Virus record (IMG/VR): IMGVR_UViG_3300031992_000078
Coordinates: 56,387 to 76,386 of that record
Direction: 5' to 3' (one strand)
DNA: 20,000 nucleotides
Source of the DNA: an uncultured virus (IMG/VR IMGVR_UViG_3300031992_000078)
Lineage: Duplodnaviria > Heunggongvirae > Uroviricota > Caudoviricetes
The notes under the pieces: generated by a model
Told to the model about the DNA's origin: nothing
What the model saw: the letters and a program-made list of their open reading frames with translations, nothing else
Databases searched by the model: none
Shown: positions 16,013 through 20,000 of the stretch, piece after piece
Layout of the letters: each line of letters begins with the position of its first letter
Numbering within the stretch: position 1 is the stretch's first letter
Translations under genes and position numbers: made by a program

Positions 16013-16200
16013 TTCATCGCCTCCTTTTCTATCTTTGCTTCAAATGCGTCGAGTTCGTCCGCGGCAAACTCCAGGCACTTCAAGTCTCCTTCGTGGAAGT
16101 AGGAGAGCAGGTAGTGGTCTCCGGAGAAGTCCGTCTTGATGCCTACGCACCTCATCTTGATTCCTTCCACGACAACGGTCTGGCCTAGCCCCACCTTCAC
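16009..16200 (-). CDS. Hypothetical protein (63 aa, small beta-rich)
   Basis: GAGGAGG SD; GTGA overlaps at both ends. Confidence 0.75.
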   Translation of the reverse strand: MKVGLGQTVVVEGIKMRCVGIKTDFSGDHYLLSYFHEGDLKCLEFAADELDAFEAKIEKEAMK

Positions 16201-16574
16201 TTCGTCGCCTCCTCGAACAAGTATTCCAGCGTGTATGCGAAGACCTCGTTGTTCGGCGGCGTCTCCGCAATCTCCTTGTACGAAAGCATGTGTCCAACCG
16301 CATGGCAGAGTTCATGGATGAGGACGCCGTGGCCGATTTCCTTGTTGGAGTAGATGCACGACTCGCCGTATGGAAGGCAGAGCGTGACGGCAGACGACTC
16401 CGCGATGCGCGCCTTGAGGTCTGCAACGTCGATTGCATTCGGATAATTCATCTTGCGAAGGTGCCTGACGCATGCGGCAGGCGTACCAACGAAGACGCAA
16501 ATGCCGCACCGGAACGGCGGTACGGGGATGTGGCGCCAAGACTGGACGCCGGGTTGCTTTGTTTTCTTCTTCAT
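16197..16574 (-). CDS. Small zincin-like (HExxH) protein (125 aa)
   Basis: VLIHELCHAV plus downstream NEVFAY (candidate third-ligand Glu); translationally coupled. Confidence 0.75.
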   Translation of the reverse strand: MKKKTKQPGVQSWRHIPVPPFRCGICVFVGTPAACVRHLRKMNYPNAIDVADLKARIAESSAVTLCLPYGESCIYSNKEIGHGVLIHELCHAVGHMLSYKEIAETPPNNEVFAYTLEYLFEEATK

Positions 16575-16963
16575 TGAAACTTCTCCCAGTATGCTTTGGT
16601 CGCTTCCTTTTCGTAGCCCCTCGGCCCACCATTGTGTATGCGGGCGAGGACCTCCGGCGTGGCCGGTTGCCCGGTCCGGCGCTCGTAGGCGTCGCCGTAT
16701 CTCGTGAGGTAGGCACGGACGACCGTCGCTGCCTTGTCCGGGTCATGCATATCATACAACGTGTATGATGTGCCGAGCACTTCGTTGGCGTCGGCCAAGT
16801 ATGCGGCCCGGATCTGGTAGCGCCCGTAGGCGCCCTCCTGCGGGTTGTATGCGGCGTCGTTGTATCCGGATTCGACGCAGGCGAGATCGGCGAGGAACTC
16901 CGGGGATACGGTAGCGGCGATGGACTGGATGCTCATGGCTAGTAGGACGATTGCGGTTTTCAT
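16571..16963 (-). CDS. Secreted lysozyme-fold muramidase (i-type/destabilase- or SLT-like, 130 aa)
   Basis: Signal-peptide-like MKTAIVLLAMSIQSIAA, catalytic-type VESG, GRYQI and ARIHNGGPRG motifs. Confidence 0.82.
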   Translation of the reverse strand: MKTAIVLLAMSIQSIAATVSPEFLADLACVESGYNDAAYNPQEGAYGRYQIRAAYLADANEVLGTSYTLYDMHDPDKAATVVRAYLTRYGDAYERRTGQPATPEVLARIHNGGPRGYEKEATKAYWEKFQ

Positions 16964-17229
16964 TTTCTTTTCGACACCTTGTCGAGAATCTGTTCATAGG
17001 CGCGCTGCGTCCGCGCCTCGTTCGGGAAGTTCTTGGCGACCATCGCCTCCACGCGCTCCGTCTGGTAGGATGCCGAGCAGGTGGCGAAGCACTCGATGCA
17101 CATTGCCGCCTTCTTGCCGGGGTCCACGTCGGACGTGACGCGGACGAAGTACTCGTGCGGGGGAATGTTCTTCCCGCAGCAGTCGCACTTCTTCCATCTC
17201 TTCGAGTACTTGGTTTCAACCGCGAGCAT
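16960..17229 (-). CDS. Zinc-finger protein (89 aa)
   Basis: CDCC...CIEC pair of CxxC motifs; AAGGAGG SD; coupled to the downstream gene. Confidence 0.78.
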   Translation of the reverse strand: MLAVETKYSKRWKKCDCCGKNIPPHEYFVRVTSDVDPGKKAAMCIECFATCSASYQTERVEAMVAKNFPNEARTQRAYEQILDKVSKRK

Positions 17230-17848
17230 TGGCGGGTTCCTCCTTTCCGAGAATCTCGTCGCAGATGTCGACGATTTCGTCGGCGTCGGACTTCACGACT
17301 CCTTCTCCGGTATTCGCGGAAATCTGTCCGGCGAGCCCGCGGACGGTTTTCAGCACGTCGACTATCGTTCCGAAATACGACCTGACGGACGCGAGAACGT
17401 CCTCGAGAACGGAGTCCGTGTAGTTCTTTCCCGGAACGAGCACGGGTTCGAGTCTCGACTCGATCCACCAGGATTCGGAGTCGTGTGTGTCGTCGAAGCG
17501 AATCTTGTACTTGTAGCAATTGAGGAAGCTGTTGTCGGACCCGTTCAGGATGTCGAGTTCGCTTGCCGTCAGCGTCGCTCCGTCTCCGCCGCGTCCGTAT
17601 TCTTCGCCGAGCCACCACGCGGAGCCGATGATCGTCGCAGTCCTTCCTTTCGTCGGACTGTCCGGGTCGCCCCAGAAGCCGCACTTGCACCGGACGCGGG
17701 CGCCGGGCTTGTACGGAGGATGGTCCAGCATCGTCCGATGCCACGCTTCGATGGTCGCTTCGTACTTGGCGATTTGGTTGCCGGTGAAATGTTCGTGCGG
17801 AAGCGTTGGCCGCACGTTCATCATTTCGCAGAACTCTTCCTTCGTCAT
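17216..17848 (-). CDS. Hypothetical protein (210 aa)
   Basis: SD (AAGGGAG), ATGA overlap, protein-like composition with an SH3-like beta segment (YKPGARVR...YKIRFD...WWIESRLEPV). Confidence 0.8.
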   Translation of the reverse strand: MTKEEFCEMMNVRPTLPHEHFTGNQIAKYEATIEAWHRTMLDHPPYKPGARVRCKCGFWGDPDSPTKGRTATIIGSAWWLGEEYGRGGDGATLTASELDILNGSDNSFLNCYKYKIRFDDTHDSESWWIESRLEPVLVPGKNYTDSVLEDVLASVRSYFGTIVDVLKTVRGLAGQISANTGEGVVKSDADEIVDICDEILGKEEPANARG

Positions 17849-18198
17849 TGTTTCTTTTCTCCCTTCTTGAGTTTCTCAAGCTCTTCGTCCGTCCGCATAA
17901 TGAAACTGTCGTATCCGTCGTCATAGCTCGTGAGCCATTCGACACGGATTGCGTAGATGGCTGCGATGCGTATCGCCCTCTCCGCCGCACGGAGCCGCTT
18001 GAGAGTCTCTCGTCGCAAGCCGGCTGGCGAAGCGAGGAATTTCTTGTCGGGATGTTTCTTGACGTAGTAGTCGCACGGATGGAACTCGTCCGCGATTTCC
18101 TTCGCGTCCATCTTCTCGATGCGATCGATTTCGCTTGCAACTTGTGATGCGGCTTCCTGTATCTTGAAGCCGATGTAATCCATTGATCCTCCGCTCAT
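17845..18198 (-). CDS. Conserved-type hypothetical phage protein (117 aa, MSGGSxDY N-terminus)
   Basis: MSGGSMDY start and R.EWL.S.D.G.D motif recalled from phage proteins; AGGAGG SD. Confidence 0.85.
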   Translation of the reverse strand: MSGGSMDYIGFKIQEAASQVASEIDRIEKMDAKEIADEFHPCDYYVKKHPDKKFLASPAGLRRETLKRLRAAERAIRIAAIYAIRVEWLTSYDDGYDSFIMRTDEELEKLKKGEKKQ

Positions 18199-18416
18199 TT
18201 CATGGCCTCCTTTGCCTTGTAGTATTCAGTTTGGATTTTCGCGATCGCATTCAGCGCGCTTGCAATTGTCTCGTCGCTCACGGGGCATCCATCGCCGTCG
18301 CACACGCCATACTTCGATGATGTCATAAACGGGAGAGTGCATGGCGTCTGCATATCGTCGCGCTCAAGCCAGACGTAAACTGCGTCCATGATCGCGTCTT
18401 TCAGTTCCTGGTTCAT
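18195..18416 (-). CDS. Hypothetical protein (73 aa, three Cys)
   Basis: GGAGGAGG SD and ATGA overlaps. Confidence 0.75.
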   Translation of the reverse strand: MNQELKDAIMDAVYVWLERDDMQTPCTLPFMTSSKYGVCDGDGCPVSDETIASALNAIAKIQTEYYKAKEAMK

Positions 18417-18778
18417 TTTCTATCCTCCTCCCCGATTGCGGCGCTGGCGCATTGCTTGATTCCGATGAGGTCGTGTACGAGCAGCTCGATCTCGACCCTC
18501 CCACCATATTCCTGCTTCTGGCAGTTCAGCGCCACGGACACCCTGCTACAAACTTCTTCAAGCACGGATCGGAGACGGTCGCGCTCTCGTCGAAGATAGG
18601 CATTGGCAGACAAGAGTGGAGCTGTGTCTGCGCCCGTGAGAAGATTTCCGTTCACGGATGTGCATACGAATTGTGCGTCTTCGGAATGCTCCATCTCGCC
18701 GATGAAGTCATTGTTTTCCGTATAGAGCAACTTGCCGTCAGCATGCCACGGCAGTCCGAATTCTTCGTTCATGTTCAT
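18413..18778 (-). CDS. Hypothetical phage protein, Ead/Ea22-like N-terminal motif (121 aa)
   Basis: PW...DAQFV..SVN motif and ERDRLR coiled coil; apparent paralogue of the upstream gene. Confidence 0.75.
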   Translation of the reverse strand: MNMNEEFGLPWHADGKLLYTENNDFIGEMEHSEDAQFVCTSVNGNLLTGADTAPLLSANAYLRRERDRLRSVLEEVCSRVSVALNCQKQEYGGRVEIELLVHDLIGIKQCASAAIGEEDRK

Positions 18779-19182
18779 TTTTTGTCCTCCCCGATTGCGG
18801 CGCGGGCCTCTTCTATGGTCCGGCGGGCCTCATCCTCGTCGATGGTTGTGCCGTAGTACATAAACCCCGTCCTCTCGTCCTTGCGCCAGAAGAGATGCTC
18901 GCGGATCGTGATGAGCCGCTTTATGAGGTCGCGGAGGCGGTCGCGCTCGGCACAGAGCTCGTCGTGGATTGCCACCGCCTCTTCGAGCCTCTTGTCAAAA
19001 GCCTCTAGCCTCGTAGCGATCAGGTCGCGCTCGTTCACGGCTTCCACGATGAGCGCGGCGTTCTTCTTGTCCTTTCTTCCGCGATTGAAACCGTTTAGGT
19101 TGTACACCATGTTGCCGTTTGCATCCCAGATTTCGGCTCCATAATGCACGCTCCACGGTCTCGGGCTTGCTTCGTCGCTCAT
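18775..19182 (-). CDS. Hypothetical phage protein, Ead/Ea22-like N-terminal motif (135 aa)
   Basis: Start ATG 19182 (GGAGG upstream, ATGA overlap); SPRPW...NAALIVEAVN...ERDRLR. Confidence 0.78.
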   Translation of the reverse strand: MSDEASPRPWSVHYGAEIWDANGNMVYNLNGFNRGRKDKKNAALIVEAVNERDLIATRLEAFDKRLEEAVAIHDELCAERDRLRDLIKRLITIREHLFWRKDERTGFMYYGTTIDEDEARRTIEEARAAIGEDKK

Positions 19183-19496
19183 CCCCTCCACCTCCTGTCT
19201 CCTTTGTTGCTGACCGGCGTTGCGATCACCTTCCACGGACACGTCAGCGCATTCGTCTGCGTGACGGTCGTGAGGCCGGTCTGCTTCGTCCCGATCCACA
19301 TCTTCTTTCCTTTGATTGTGACGTTCTCGAACTTGCCGCGCTGGATTCGTCCGACGAGAGCGCCGCACATTCGGACGCGCTCCGCCGCGATGTAGGTCAG
19401 ATGGTTGATCGACCAGCACGTCTCGAAGATCGCGTCGATCTCCTTCTGAATTGCCGCATCGGTCGCATCGTCCACATGGTATGCGTCGAAGCTCAT
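19179..19496 (-). CDS. Hypothetical protein (105 aa)
   Basis: ATGA overlaps at both ends; GGAG SD. Confidence 0.72.
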   Translation of the reverse strand: MSFDAYHVDDATDAAIQKEIDAIFETCWSINHLTYIAAERVRMCGALVGRIQRGKFENVTIKGKKMWIGTKQTGLTTVTQTNALTCPWKVIATPVSNKGDRRWRG

Positions 19497-19795
19497 TTCG
19501 TTTTATACTCCGCATTGCAGGTGACGGTCGGCCGCGGCACGTTGGGGTTCATCCACCACGGAGCCTTTTCGTAGACCGGATTCATCGGTTCCGGCACGGT
19601 CCACGTTCCCGGCGAAGGTGGCAGAATTTGGACGGGCGGTCGCGAGAGCAAATCGTCGAGCTTGTGCTCGATGCGGTCGAGCTGCGACTCCTTCTTGAGT
19701 CGGATGGTGACAGCGCGTGGCAACCCGAAGCCGGATGTAGTCCATTCGTCGTTCTTGGTCTTCTTCTTGTTTTTGGTGTAGGGTTTCGTTTTCAT
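19493..19795 (-). CDS. Hypothetical protein (100 aa; basic N-terminus, Pro-rich C-terminus)
   Basis: ATG 19795 overlaps the upstream TGA; GGAG SD. Confidence 0.7.
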   Translation of the reverse strand: MKTKPYTKNKKKTKNDEWTTSGFGLPRAVTIRLKKESQLDRIEHKLDDLLSRPPVQILPPSPGTWTVPEPMNPVYEKAPWWMNPNVPRPTVTCNAEYKTK

Positions 19796-19998
19796 TTGGC
19801 CTTCTCCATTTCCTTCTCGATGTGTTCCATCGCCCGGATGCACACGGCGGCGCATTGGGCCAGTTCCTGCCGGGCGTGGGCGAGGTCGCCAGCCTCAACG
19901 GCGGAGAACGCCTCGGCCAGCTCCTCCATGATGATGTCGTCTGCGGCAGAGTAGACTCGCGTATTGTTGCGAATCTTGATCGCCTTCTCGGAATCGCT
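19792..19998 (-). CDS. MazG-like all-alpha NTP pyrophosphohydrolase, 5'-partial
   Basis: Not in the ORF track. Manual translation gives ...DDIIMEELAEAFSAVEAGDLAHARQELAQCAAVCIRAMEHIEKEMEKAK*, an EExxE...ELxQxAAV pattern. Confidence 0.7.
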   Translation of the reverse strand, partial: SDSEKAIKIRNNTRVYSAADDIIMEELAEAFSAVEAGDLAHARQELAQCAAVCIRAMEHIEKEMEKAK

Positions 19999-20000
19999 CC

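Larger units (their letters stand above)
1..20000. mobile_element. Temperate bacteriophage genome segment (late virion gene end - attP/int - convergent small-gene operon)
   Basis: Tyrosine integrase next to a tRNA 3'-end fragment, giant polyvalent protein, long run of small overlapping phage-type ORFs; no recognisable host housekeeping genes. Confidence 0.9.

Noticed and set aside
16752..18140. 462-aa minus-strand ORF, and extended starts of 15112..15687, 18775..19515 and 19493..19855
   Set aside because: They overlap a clean chain of SD-bearing, translationally coupled genes in other frames; the shorter starts fit better.
1..20000. CRISPR array, diversity-generating retroelement, intron or intein
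   Set aside because: No regularly spaced repeats, reverse transcriptase, TR/VR pair or intein terminal motifs were seen by eye.

Overview
GC-rich temperate phage DNA, probably the excised or circular form because attP is intact with phage genes on both sides. Left arm (+): the end of a partial low-complexity gene, then a giant ~4100-aa polyvalent, virion/ejection-type protein. It carries an HExxH zincin, a coiled coil and five cargo modules (unknown domain, zeta-toxin-like kinase, PcfJ-like domain, SAM-lyase-like domain, ADP-ribosyltransferase-like domain) separated by a repeated [V/A][R/K]SRG linker. Most notable: two small genes are nested in the +1 frame inside the giant gene, over the 3' ends of the zeta-toxin-like and SAM-lyase-like modules. 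Each is preceded by the same internal sigma70-like promoter (TTGACTT...ACGATATTCT) and begins CATGACTTCGA; these are candidate embedded antitoxins. Centre: terminator, near-consensus promoter, tRNA-Ser 3' fragment (attP core) flanked by arm-type repeats, and a tyrosine integrase. Right arm (-): 16 small, translationally coupled phage genes, including a secreted i-type-lysozyme-like protein, a small zincin, a Zn-finger protein, tandem paralogues and a partial MazG-like gene. All domain calls are by-eye motif recognition; no searches were run.
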